Of a stretch of DNA of 63,887 bases, positions 50,577 through 59,126 are shown in pieces. Location of the stretch: the NCBI GenBank assembly GCA_031371915.1, contig JANMKG010000420.1, forward strand, positions 1 to 63,887. Reading direction: 5' to 3'. Source of the DNA: Chitinophagaceae bacterium (lineage in GTDB: Bacteria; Bacteroidota; Bacteroidia; Chitinophagales; Chitinophagaceae). Every line of letters begins with the position of its first letter. Position 1 is the first letter of the stretch. The translations under genes were made by a program, and so were the position numbers. The notes beneath the pieces were generated by a model, which did not search any database, was not told the DNA's origin, and saw nothing but the letters and a program-made list of their open reading frames with translations.

Positions 50577-51407
50577 TTACTCATGTACACACATCACGGG
50601 AATATGGGACTGGAAAACCAATTGTTTTGTACTGCTTGGTTTAAATATTCCCTCCAGCAGTGTATGTTTTTTAGGAATAGCGATCACCAGGTCAAGATTA
50701 TTGGTTTCCGCGAATGCATGAATGCCGTCTTCCACATCCGGGTAATCGATAAAATGATAGTGTGGATTGATATCGGCGAAAAGAGCATGCAGGTTAAATG
50801 ATTCTTCAGGGGTACCGGGCCGGAAGTTTTTTTCCATGTAATCCACATTAAGGATATGTAGTTCCGCGCCAAACTCTTTCACCATCTCTTTGATATATTT
50901 TACCGGTGTTGTTTCTGCTACTTTCCTGAAATCACAGGCAAAACCAATTTTTTTGATCCCCTTTCCATATTGTTTACCAGGTGGCACACAGATCACCGGC
51001 CAGGTCAGGTGACGAATAGCGGTAAGCGTAGTGCTTCCAAAAACAACCTTTTCGAAACCGGTCTTTCCCTTCGCACCCATCACCACCGCAAACGGCTGAA
51101 TGAACTGGCATATATTTTCTAATTCATCGACTGTATTTCCCAGCCTCACTTCTACTGTCACTTTTAACTTACCGGAAGTGATATGCCGGATATTTTCTTT
51201 CAGCTGATTCAACTGTGTTTCGCTGCTTTCTCTCAATTGGTCTACGGACACGAGCATCAGCGGCACATCGGAGGAATAGGCAACTGGAATGGAATAGACA
51301 TTCAACAGTAAAAGGTCCGCCTTGATGGCCAGCGCCATATCCACGGCAAAATGTGTGGCATTGAGAGCGACGGGTGAGAAATCGGTTGCAACAATTATTG
51401 TTTTCAT
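50577..51407 (-). CDS. Universal stress protein (tandem USP)
   Basis: MKTIIVATDFS, VMG..G......FGS, PVICVP. ATG at 51407. Confidence 0.92.
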   Translation of the reverse strand: MKTIIVATDFSPVALNATHFAVDMALAIKADLLLLNVYSIPVAYSSDVPLMLVSVDQLRESSETQLNQLKENIRHITSGKLKVTVEVRLGNTVDELENICQFIQPFAVVMGAKGKTGFEKVVFGSTTLTAIRHLTWPVICVPPGKQYGKGIKKIGFACDFRKVAETTPVKYIKEMVKEFGAELHILNVDYMEKNFRPGTPEESFNLHALFADINPHYHFIDYPDVEDGIHAFAETNNLDLVIAIPKKHTLLEGIFKPSSTKQLVFQSHIPVMCVHE

Positions 51408-51425
51408 GATTGTTTGTTTCAGGCA

Positions 51426-51593
51426 TAAAAATAGGAGAAACAATCCCTCAGCAGGATGACCCTGGTCAGTTTTGAAGATGATTATAGGATACACGCTGGT
51501 GGGGAACACAGTGCTGCTTCTACTTGCCTGAGTAAGATCATGACCCGCGCTGAGTATTGTTTTCTCTGTGGATTAAGGAAGTGGCGAGATTTG
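51426..51593. promoter_or_regulatory. Divergent usp / flavodoxin promoters with TGA-N6-TCA boxes
   Basis: usp: TATTTTTA (minus, 51426-51433) plus ATGACCCTGGTCAG at 51456. Flavodoxin: CTGAGTAAGATCAT at 51528-51541 plus GAGATTTG ending at 51593. Confidence 0.58.
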
Positions 51594-51640
51594 TGCTATA
51601 ATAGTTCCATTAGGCTAGCCATCCATCTAAATTTTACAAG

Positions 51641-52195
51641 ATGAAAACAATTATCATTTACCAGGGTAAATACGGCGCAACGAAGCAATATGCTTTATGG
51701 CTGGGTCATGAACTGAGCTTACCGGTAAGAAATGCAAAGAGTATCAATGGGGAGCAGCTCCGGAACTATGATACTTTATTGATCGGCACCAGTGTATACA
51801 TTGGCCAGTTGCAGGTAAAGAAGTGGTTCAGAAAGAATCTCGAATTTATCAGGGACAAGAAGATCATCCTGTTCCAGGTGGCCGGCACGCCACCGGAAGA
51901 AAAGGATAAACGCCAGGCATATAACATCTCAGGAGTTCCCGGGGAAATCATCGGCAACTGTGAATTCTACTTTTTGCCGGGGAGGATGATCAGGAAAGAT
52001 CTTTCCTGGAAAGACAGGTTCCTTCTCAGGATGGGGTCCAGGCTGGCGAAAAACGAAACTGACAGAAAAACCATGCTTACCGATTATGATCATGTAAAAA
52101 AGGAGAACCTCGCGGGAATACTGGCAGGAATAAAAGATTATTACGGGACTGGACCCTCCACCCCGAAAGGAAAGATGAGAATACACCAGTTCTGA
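51641..52195 (+). CDS. Flavodoxin domain protein (HemG-like)
   Basis: IIYQGKYGATKQYA, IGTSVYIG, F.LPG. Confidence 0.8.
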   Translation: MKTIIIYQGKYGATKQYALWLGHELSLPVRNAKSINGEQLRNYDTLLIGTSVYIGQLQVKKWFRKNLEFIRDKKIILFQVAGTPPEEKDKRQAYNISGVPGEIIGNCEFYFLPGRMIRKDLSWKDRFLLRMGSRLAKNETDRKTMLTDYDHVKKENLAGILAGIKDYYGTGPSTPKGKMRIHQF

Positions 52196-52211
52196 AAGAA
52201 ATCCTTAGACT

Positions 52212-52706
52212 ATGAAAGGACTGGAGAACCCAACTTACCTGTTCATGCTGATCGCCTTTAACGTGCTGGCCCTTGTTTTCTTATTTACTGCCTTCAAATG
52301 GCCACGCATCAGCAGGTTGTTATTTTTTTTATTGTTTAGCTGGGCCTGCTGGATAAACTGGACTACTTCGCAACGCTCCCCCCGTGATTACCTGCAATAT
52401 GCCGACCTTAACATAAGCAAAGGATACAGCGATTTTATCAATGGCTGGTTCAGCAAACATATTCCCGCTGTTGTTGGGTTTATTGCGACCTGCCAGTGAC
52501 TGATCGCGGTATCTATGCTTTTAAAAAGCTGGCTATTCAAACTTGGATGCATCGGGGGAATCATTTTCCTGCTCGCTATTGCGCCCTTTGGTGTTGGTTC
52601 CGGCTTCCCCTGTACCATCATCTTTGCTTTTGCTTTGCTGATCTTATTTAGAAAAAGTAAAAATTATTTATGGATAGACAAAACAAGCGAGACCATACCT
52701 GCCTAG
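52212..52706 (+). pseudogene. Membrane protein split by one in-frame TGA (52497-52499)
   Basis: ORFs 52212..52499 and 52515..52706 are in the same frame: ATCQ*LIAVSMLLK; hydrophobic helices continue across the stop. Confidence 0.75.
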
Positions 52707-52789
52707 CGTGTATCGTTTAAAATATTATTATCAATTAATTAATGATTATTTTGTAGTGCAATTGATTTTACCTCAATTAATCACAGCTC

Positions 52790-54022
52790 ATGCCGGATAA
52801 AGCGCACATGGCCTCGCTTTTTGAAAATGCCACCGAGGGGATATTGCTGACAAACAGTACAGGAAATATCGTGATGGTCAACCCGGCCGCGCAAAGAATG
52901 TTTGACTATTCAGAAGATGAACTGATTGGTAAGCAGGTCGAGATATTGATACCGGAAAAATACAAGCCCCATCATCATCAATTACGGGACGGGTTTTATA
53001 AAAAGCCATCTAACCGTGTAATGGGCCAGGGTCGTGACCTGAACGGGAGGAAAAAAAATGGCACTGATATGCCGGTCGAAGTGAGCCTGAGTCACTACGA
53101 GCGTGACGGGGAGTTATTTGTTATCGCTTTTATTGTTGATATTACTGAAAGAAAAAAGAATGAACGTAGTTTGCTGGAGCAAAAAGCGGAATTGGAAAAG
53201 ATCACCGATAAGATAAGGCAATTAAATGCCGATCTTGAGATCAAGGTAGAAGAGCGGACACTTATCCTGAAAGAGGCGCTCCAAAAGCTTGAACAATCCC
53301 AGGAAGAGCTCAGCCAGGCGCTGGATAAAGAAAGACAATTGAACGAGATAAAAAGCCGCTTTGTCTCCATGGCATCCCATGAGTTCCGGACACCACTAAC
53401 TACCGTATTATCGTCCGCTTCCCTTCTTTCAAAATACACTGCTGCTGATCAACAGGATAAAAGGGATAAGCATATTTCGAAGATCAGGAGCTCGGTCAAT
53501 AACCTGAATGATATTTTGGAGGATTTTCTTTCCTTAGGGAAACTTAACGAAGGAAGATTGGATATAAACCCCGGGGAGACTTCTATTAAAGAATGTATAG
53601 ATAGCACGATAGAAGAAATGAAGCCAATGCTTAAGAAAGGGCAGCGCTTTGTAGTCGAATGCCCGGCTGATTGCACCGCGAATACAGACAAAAAACTATT
53701 GCATAATATTCTTCTCAACCTGATTAGTAACGCGATAAAATTTTCAGAAGAAGGAAGATCAATAACTATTAAAGCCACGGGTGAGCAGGGAAAGGTTAAT
53801 ATTGCTGTTACCGATGAAGGTATTGGGATTGGCCTGGCCGACCAGGAGCATTTGTTTACCAGCTTCTTCAGGGCGGCCAATGCGGTGAATATCCAGGGAA
53901 CGGGATTGGGCCTGCATATTGTTAAACGATATGTAGATCTTTTAGGAGGAGAAGTAGGATTAACGAGTGAATTAAATAAGGGAACAACCGTTCATTTCAG
54001 TATTCCCGTAAATAAACAATAA
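52790..54022 (+). CDS. Cytoplasmic PAS histidine kinase, FixL-like PAS
   Basis: ILIPEKYKPHH...RVMGQGRDLNGRKKNG..MPVEVSLS; HEFRTPL; NLISNAIKF; DEGIGI; GTGLGL; no TM. Confidence 0.9.
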   Translation: MPDKAHMASLFENATEGILLTNSTGNIVMVNPAAQRMFDYSEDELIGKQVEILIPEKYKPHHHQLRDGFYKKPSNRVMGQGRDLNGRKKNGTDMPVEVSLSHYERDGELFVIAFIVDITERKKNERSLLEQKAELEKITDKIRQLNADLEIKVEERTLILKEALQKLEQSQEELSQALDKERQLNEIKSRFVSMASHEFRTPLTTVLSSASLLSKYTAADQQDKRDKHISKIRSSVNNLNDILEDFLSLGKLNEGRLDINPGETSIKECIDSTIEEMKPMLKKGQRFVVECPADCTANTDKKLLHNILLNLISNAIKFSEEGRSITIKATGEQGKVNIAVTDEGIGIGLADQEHLFTSFFRAANAVNIQGTGLGLHIVKRYVDLLGGEVGLTSELNKGTTVHFSIPVNKQ

Positions 54023-54023
54023 C

Positions 54024-55079
54024 ATGAAATCTGTATTAGTCATTGATGATAACCAGGACATCCGCGAGAATACCGCGGAGATCCTCGAACTGGCAGGATA
54101 TAAGACCTTTACCGCGGAGAATGGAAAAAAAGGTGTGGAAACCGCGCTCCGGGAGAAACCTGATGTGATCGTTTGCGATATCATGATGCCGGAGCTGGAT
54201 GGCTATGGAGTGCTGCATCTCCTGCGCAAGAACGCGGATACTGAACACATACCTTTTGTTTTCCTGACAGCCAAAACGGAAAGAAGCGATTTCCGGAAAG
54301 GAATGGAAATGGGAGCTGACGATTATATCACCAAACCCTTTGAAGATATCGAGCTGCTGAATGCTATTGAAATAAGATTGAAAAAAGCGGCTGTTCTCGG
54401 TAATAAATACCCCGCATCGCAGCAAGGGATCAACCAGTTTATAAAGGATGTCAGGAATGCCGGTCTCATCAGCCAGTTGTCAGAACAATACAGTACAGAT
54501 CACTATTCTAAAAAACAGGTTTTGTACCAGGAAGGTAAAAGACCGCGATCCTTATTTCTCCTGGTAAAAGGAAAAGTAAAAGGCATCAAGACACATGAAG
54601 ACGGCAAAGAATATATCACGGACCTCTTTAGTGACGGTGATTTTATTGGCTACCCGGCTTTGATAGAGGATAAGAACTATGATGATTCCGCGGTCATCCT
54701 TGAAGAAGCGGAGATCATGCAGATACCCAAAGAGGATTTTATGCAGATGATTTACGGGAATATGGATGTGGCCATTAAATTCATCCGCATCATTACGCAA
54801 AATGTAAAAGAGAAAGAAGAACGACTATTGAATCTCGCCTACAGTTCGCTGCGCAAACGGGTGGCAAAAGCCCTGGTCGATATACAGGCGAAATTTAATG
54901 TGAGCGGCCCCGCGAAACCGCTGGAGATCTCCCGGGAAGATTTTGCACATTATGTAGGGACGGCTACCGAATCGCTTATACGTACGCTGAGCGATTTCAA
55001 ATCGGAAAAACTGATTGAGATCAAAGAAGGGAAGATATCAGTGATCAACGCGGAAAAACTTAAAAATCTTTTATACTAA
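54024..55079 (+). CDS. Response regulator: receiver fused to a Crp/Fnr domain
   Basis: REC (CDIMMP, YITKP); cNMP-like barrel; HTH SREDFAHYVGTATESLIRTLSDF. Confidence 0.92.
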   Translation: MKSVLVIDDNQDIRENTAEILELAGYKTFTAENGKKGVETALREKPDVIVCDIMMPELDGYGVLHLLRKNADTEHIPFVFLTAKTERSDFRKGMEMGADDYITKPFEDIELLNAIEIRLKKAAVLGNKYPASQQGINQFIKDVRNAGLISQLSEQYSTDHYSKKQVLYQEGKRPRSLFLLVKGKVKGIKTHEDGKEYITDLFSDGDFIGYPALIEDKNYDDSAVILEEAEIMQIPKEDFMQMIYGNMDVAIKFIRIITQNVKEKEERLLNLAYSSLRKRVAKALVDIQAKFNVSGPAKPLEISREDFAHYVGTATESLIRTLSDFKSEKLIEIKEGKISVINAEKLKNLLY

Positions 55080-55126
55080 GGGTGGGTAAATGATCCTGTT
55101 CCCGGCAATTTTTAACCGGGTATTTC

Positions 55127-55780
55127 CTAAAAACCTTTTTTGGGAGGTGAATAGCCCTTTTTAAACAATTTTTTTCTTGTCATATCCCTCACAATTATCC
55201 GCCCATACTGATGCGCCAGCTTTTCCGTACTGGCAGGATTAAAAGAGGTTGTTTTTGCCGAATAAAGCAGCGAAGGTTTATCCAGGCCATACAACTTACT
55301 TTCCCAGAAATACTCGGTATTGCCAATATAATAACCTGGCTCAAAAACCCGTGTACTGGTATTGTCAAAATATTCCCAGAACAGGTTCTGAAAATAGCCA
55401 CTCGGACGGGAACTTTCCCGGGGGGAGATAAATTGGTTTTCCATTTTTTTATTGAGCAAGACGATGGTAAGCACGGCATTTACATGGCTGCTTTTTAATT
55501 TCGCCAGCATTTCTTTCGCAGTAAGACCTGCAAAAGCTTTGAGACCGTATTCTTCAATGGAAGTGACAGCGGTATACCCTAAACCGGCGAGGTCACCGGC
55601 CAGGTGTTTTTCCATGTTTCGCTGTAATTCACGGTCGCTATCACGAACAATACCTAACACGAGGATTTTAGTGAAACTTTTAGTAGCTGTGCTCTTATTC
55701 TTCCAGGAGGAAGTGATGTAAGAACTTCTGCAGCCGGCCAGCAAGAGAATACATAGAAGGATCCCAATCACTCGTTTCAT
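55127..55780 (-). CDS. Lipoprotein of unknown function
   Basis: MKRVIGILLCILLLAGC lipobox; ATG at 55780. Confidence 0.8.
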   Translation of the reverse strand: MKRVIGILLCILLLAGCRSSYITSSWKNKSTATKSFTKILVLGIVRDSDRELQRNMEKHLAGDLAGLGYTAVTSIEEYGLKAFAGLTAKEMLAKLKSSHVNAVLTIVLLNKKMENQFISPRESSRPSGYFQNLFWEYFDNTSTRVFEPGYYIGNTEYFWESKLYGLDKPSLLYSAKTTSFNPASTEKLAHQYGRIIVRDMTRKKLFKKGYSPPKKGF

Positions 55781-55808
55781 ATTGTTTGTTTTAATCGCCG
55801 GTCCAGGC

Positions 55809-55905
55809 TTCAACAAAGAGTTACTGGGTTTTTAAGTATCACAGAGAATTAAAACGGGAAATCAGGACTCTGTGATTCTCTGTTCCTCTGTAACTCTGTG
55901 TTGAA
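55809..55905. repeat. CACAGAG-family inverted-repeat element
   Basis: TTCAACAAAGAGTTAC...ATCACAGAG ... CTCTGTGATTCTCTGTTCCTCTGTAACTCTGTGTTGAA; same family as 25587-25683. Confidence 0.75.
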
Positions 55906-55924
55906 AGTACTTTTGAGATGGGCT

Positions 55925-56347
55925 CTAATCATTATCACCCCGGCTGAGATCATAATCTCCCGGTTCCCGCGCCTCTTTTTTCACCGTCGAAATTTCTTTT
56001 CCATGCTTATTCTGTTGTTCAAGCGTCCAGTTATCTGTCATTGTAGTCTCCAGCCACAGGTTGCCGGATTTTCGTAATACCTGCGCTGCCAGGCTGAATT
56101 GCTCTTTCAGCAATTTTTCCAATTCGATCACTTTCATTTCCCCCGAAATCTCGATATCACCACCTGTTATTGTCGATTGTCCCTCACTAATCTTCCTGTT
56201 ATAGGGTATCAGCTGGCTGGCAGTAAGACCAGGTGGGGAAAGCGAACGCTTTTTTGTAAAGAATTCCAGTTTCAAAAAAGGGAATGCTTTATTGAATTCA
56301 TTTTGAATATCACTGATAAGGCGGTTAGGTGCAATGTGTAAATGCAT
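55925..56347 (-). CDS. Conserved-looking hypothetical protein
   Basis: IQNEF...FPFLKLEFF, QV.RKSGNLWLETTMTD.WTL..QN..G; probable ATG at 56347. Confidence 0.75.
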   Translation of the reverse strand: MHLHIAPNRLISDIQNEFNKAFPFLKLEFFTKKRSLSPPGLTASQLIPYNRKISEGQSTITGGDIEISGEMKVIELEKLLKEQFSLAAQVLRKSGNLWLETTMTDNWTLEQQNKHGKEISTVKKEAREPGDYDLSRGDND

Positions 56348-56357
56348 GAGTGGGGAG

Positions 56358-56780
56358 TTAATAAACATAAACAATTGCTTTTGCTTTATTCTCATCAGTA
56401 TTTCCGCGGGGGATACGTATGATCAGTTCGCCGTTCCAATATTTTGCATGTGAAAGCACGACATCTGAATCATCCGGTAACGAAAAAGTCCTGGTCCAGT
56501 CGGAATAATCATATTCCCAGCGATCATTGGGGGTGTAGCTTTCCTTTTCTTTTGTTGCAGAAATGGAGAGGATGCCTTCTACAATTTCGAGACTGAAATC
56601 TTCCCGGTGAAGACCAGGAACCGCTATTACAATGAGATATTGTGCAGGCGTTTCTTCAATATTCACCGCCGGGCTGACCTGGACAGGACTTGTTTTTTTT
56701 CCATCCAATTCGGATTTAAAACAAAGCGTTTTGGTGACTTTTGGCGTGATGTGTTTTTTTGTTGGGTTTCCGGGATACAT
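56358..56780 (-). CDS. Hsp20/alpha-crystallin small heat shock protein
   Basis: PAVNIEE, VPGL..EDF, RTFSLP, A.Y.NGEL.I.IP; probable ATG at 56780. Confidence 0.88.
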   Translation of the reverse strand: MYPGNPTKKHITPKVTKTLCFKSELDGKKTSPVQVSPAVNIEETPAQYLIVIAVPGLHREDFSLEIVEGILSISATKEKESYTPNDRWEYDYSDWTRTFSLPDDSDVVLSHAKYWNGELIIRIPRGNTDENKAKAIVYVY

Positions 56781-56799
56781 AATAGTTGTATTTATCCAT

Positions 56800-56941
56800 C
56801 GAAAATAGAGCTGTCCCCGGTGCATTTAAATGATATAGTACAGCCCTGGCGATGATTTCTGTCAGTACCCCGAAACTGAGCAAAGTCATTTTTAAGATTG
56901 CTTTGGCTCATAAAGCACGCCGGGAACCGGGTGTATATTTG
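56800..56941. promoter_or_regulatory. Divergent hsp20 / hemerythrin promoters with TGA-N6-TCA boxes
   Basis: hsp20: TATTTTCG (minus, 56800-56807), ATGATATAGTACAG at 56830, ATGATTTCTGTCAG at 56852. Hemerythrin: CTGAGCAAAGTCAT at 56876-56889, TATATTTG at 56934-56941. Confidence 0.68.
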
Positions 56942-56945
56942 ATAT

Positions 56946-57437
56946 ATGAATGCCACACAGCCTATAAAAAGAAGCACCCAGTTGCAACCGCTTAGCAGGG
57001 AGCATCACGATGGTTTGTTATTTGTCTGGAAACTCCGCCAGGGGCTGAGCCATCATGTCGATACCGGGAGATTAAGGGATTTTACCGCCTGGTATTGGAA
57101 AAATCATATCAAAGCCCATTTCTTCCAGGAAGAAAAGGTTTTATTGCCATTCATGCCGGCAGCACATCCGTTGGTTCTGCAGTTAAAAAAGGACCATGCT
57201 TATATCCGCGAACTGGTGCTTACGATCGATAAGGACCCCGCCAATTATGATTTTGTCAGCCTGGCCAACCACCTTGAACAACATATCCGGTTTGAGGAAA
57301 GAGAACTATTCCACTACCTGGAGGAAAATCTTTCGCAAGAACAATTAACCGGGATCTATGAAGAATTGGAGAAGCACCCGGTCTCCTGCACTACTGAGTG
57401 GAAAGATGAGTTTTGGATCCGGAAAGGGACTAAATGA
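56946..57437 (+). CDS. Hemerythrin-like domain protein
   Basis: LSREHH, HF..EE..L, DH, HIRFEER.LF. Confidence 0.85.
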   Translation: MNATQPIKRSTQLQPLSREHHDGLLFVWKLRQGLSHHVDTGRLRDFTAWYWKNHIKAHFFQEEKVLLPFMPAAHPLVLQLKKDHAYIRELVLTIDKDPANYDFVSLANHLEQHIRFEERELFHYLEENLSQEQLTGIYEELEKHPVSCTTEWKDEFWIRKGTK

Positions 57438-57824
57438 TCAGTCATCAAGAAACTCCCCGAGATCCCTTCTTTCTTTCTTCGTAGGTCTCCCAATCTTGCT
57501 TTGCCGCTTGCCGGTGTGAAAACTAGCCGCCTGGTATTGTAACCGCTGTATCTCTTCTTTAGGAGTAATATCAATATAATTTTTGGTCGCTTCAGCGGCC
57601 GCTACTCTTTTTTCCAGCAAGCCTGTCACTTTGATCCTCCATCGTTTAGCCTCTGTTTTTACTTCGTATTCATCGCCAATACTGACATTCCTCGATGCTT
57701 TTGCCTGCCCCCCATCGTATTTAACTTTGCCTGTATCACAGGCAGTGGCTGCCAGGGTCCTCGTTTTAAAAAGACGGATTGACCAGAGGTATTTGTCGAG
57801 ACGAAGTTTTTCTTTCGCAGGCAT
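57438..57824 (-). CDS. hslR: S4 RNA-binding protein, Hsp15 family
   Basis: RLDKYLWSIRLFKTRT.A..AC..GKV; GRPTKKERR. Confidence 0.9.
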   Translation of the reverse strand: MPAKEKLRLDKYLWSIRLFKTRTLAATACDTGKVKYDGGQAKASRNVSIGDEYEVKTEAKRWRIKVTGLLEKRVAAAEATKNYIDITPKEEIQRLQYQAASFHTGKRQSKIGRPTKKERRDLGEFLDD

Positions 57825-58000
57825 AATATAGAGTTAAAAAGCATGCTTGGATGCCCTGATGCCGGAAAATAAATAATTAAAATAAGTTTATGGCAAACAA
57901 ATATCCGATTAATAATCTGACCACAATACGATTTGATTCAGCAGCGGGCCTGCTTTCCCGGCGAACTCCGATGATTTGTTTTTTAGCTGGTTTCAAAAAT

Positions 58001-58032
58001 AAAAAACCTCCCACAAGCGTAAGAGGTTTTTT
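58001..58032. terminator. Bidirectional intrinsic terminator
   Basis: AAAAAACCTC-CCACAAGCGTAA-GAGGTTTTTT. Confidence 0.65.
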
Positions 58033-58062
58033 AAGAAAAGAATCAAAAAAAATACCGTTATT

Positions 58063-58530
58063 TTATTGGGGCCATGTTTCGCCGTCATTATGGAAGGACA
58101 GCGTCTTTGTACTGGTTTGCATAGATATATCATGCTCCAGGTTATTCGTAAGTATCCAGTTATCATTTAACTGGCTTAAAGGAGACGAGGCATCTACAGG
58201 GAAGGTAATAACTACTTCATTGAAGGAAACTCTATGCCATTTGCCATGATAGGTATTCGCTCCGTTGACGGCCACTATTTCTCCATCTTCAACTAATAAC
58301 TGTGCTGCACGGATATCAAATTTATAGCCAGCTAATTGGGCCGTCATATTATTTCCACTTACAATAAATGAATTTATACTCCATATAAAAGGCCTGGTTC
58401 TGACGGTCGTACCACCTCCGCCTGTTGTCATACTATTCTGCGAAGTAGAATTTGGTGTCATCGATTCTTTTTTACACGAGAATGTAACAAGGATAATTCC
58501 TGCCACAAATAGGGATAATAATTTTTTCAT
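58063..58530 (-). CDS. Lipoprotein of unknown function
   Basis: MKK...TFSCKKE lipobox; Ser/Thr/Gly linker; small beta domain ending LNDNW. Confidence 0.8.
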   Translation of the reverse strand: MKKLLSLFVAGIILVTFSCKKESMTPNSTSQNSMTTGGGGTTVRTRPFIWSINSFIVSGNNMTAQLAGYKFDIRAAQLLVEDGEIVAVNGANTYHGKWHRVSFNEVVITFPVDASSPLSQLNDNWILTNNLEHDISMQTSTKTLSFHNDGETWPQ

Positions 58531-58812
58531 AATTTAAGATTTTAAGGTTAAGGTTAAGTTAATAAGAAAGAAAAAAATTGTTGACCTGCCAATCATCCAA
58601 TCATATTCTTTAAATAAATAATCGGTACAAATTTTTTTACTTCTTATAATTTTTGTCTTATTATTTAAAACAAGAACAATGCCTGTGATTTGTTTGAGGA
58701 TTATTTTACCCGGTAAAAATTAAATGATTTTGGAAAACTTCTATTTTCAATCCGTTTGAAAAAAAATCAGAAAATTTTATTTCAGGATTTTTTCGAATGA
58801 TTTTTTTTGTTA

Positions 58813-59126
58813 TTATGTTTCTGGAAAATACTTATGAAAATAAGAGATGGTCCCTATCCCTTTATAATAATTTTCTATATCATACTTTTCATTTGGACTA
58901 TGAAGGTTGGCATTGTCCAGTCCAAACCCCATAAAGATGATCTGAATACCCAGTTCTATTTCCAGGATAGCACAGATGGGAATACTGCCACGTCCCGAAC
59001 CGGGATCGGGGTTTCCCCATTTTACCTTACCCGTATCGCAGGTAGCCGCGGCCCTGGTCTTGGTCTTCAAAGATGTAAGGCCCAGCAGTATTTATCGGGA
59101 CGGAGTTTTTCTTTGGCACCGCTCAT
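58813..59126 (-). pseudogene. Chimeric remnant: decayed hslR 5' end joined to a decayed dipeptidase 3' end
   Basis: 59126-~59020 reads MSGAKEKLRPDKYCWALHL*/...CDTGKVK (hslR: MPAKEKLRLDKYLWSIRLF...CDTGKVK). ~59019-58813 reads GSIPICAILEIELGIQIIFMGFGLDNANLHSPNEKY, matching 60449-60655. Confidence 0.88.

Noticed and set aside
52497-52499. Selenocysteine codon
   Set aside because: It lies within a hydrophobic helix, with no redox motif and no evident SECIS hairpin downstream.
54024-55079. REC-Crp as the cAMP receptor for the cyclase at 13969
   Set aside because: The phosphate-binding cassette reads GYPALIEDKNYDDSA and lacks the GE...R residues needed for cAMP; the genes are 40 kb apart.
58813-59070. 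85-aa ORF as a functional fusion protein
   Set aside because: TTG start inside a frameshifted hslR copy, and only fragments of two domains; treated as a scar.
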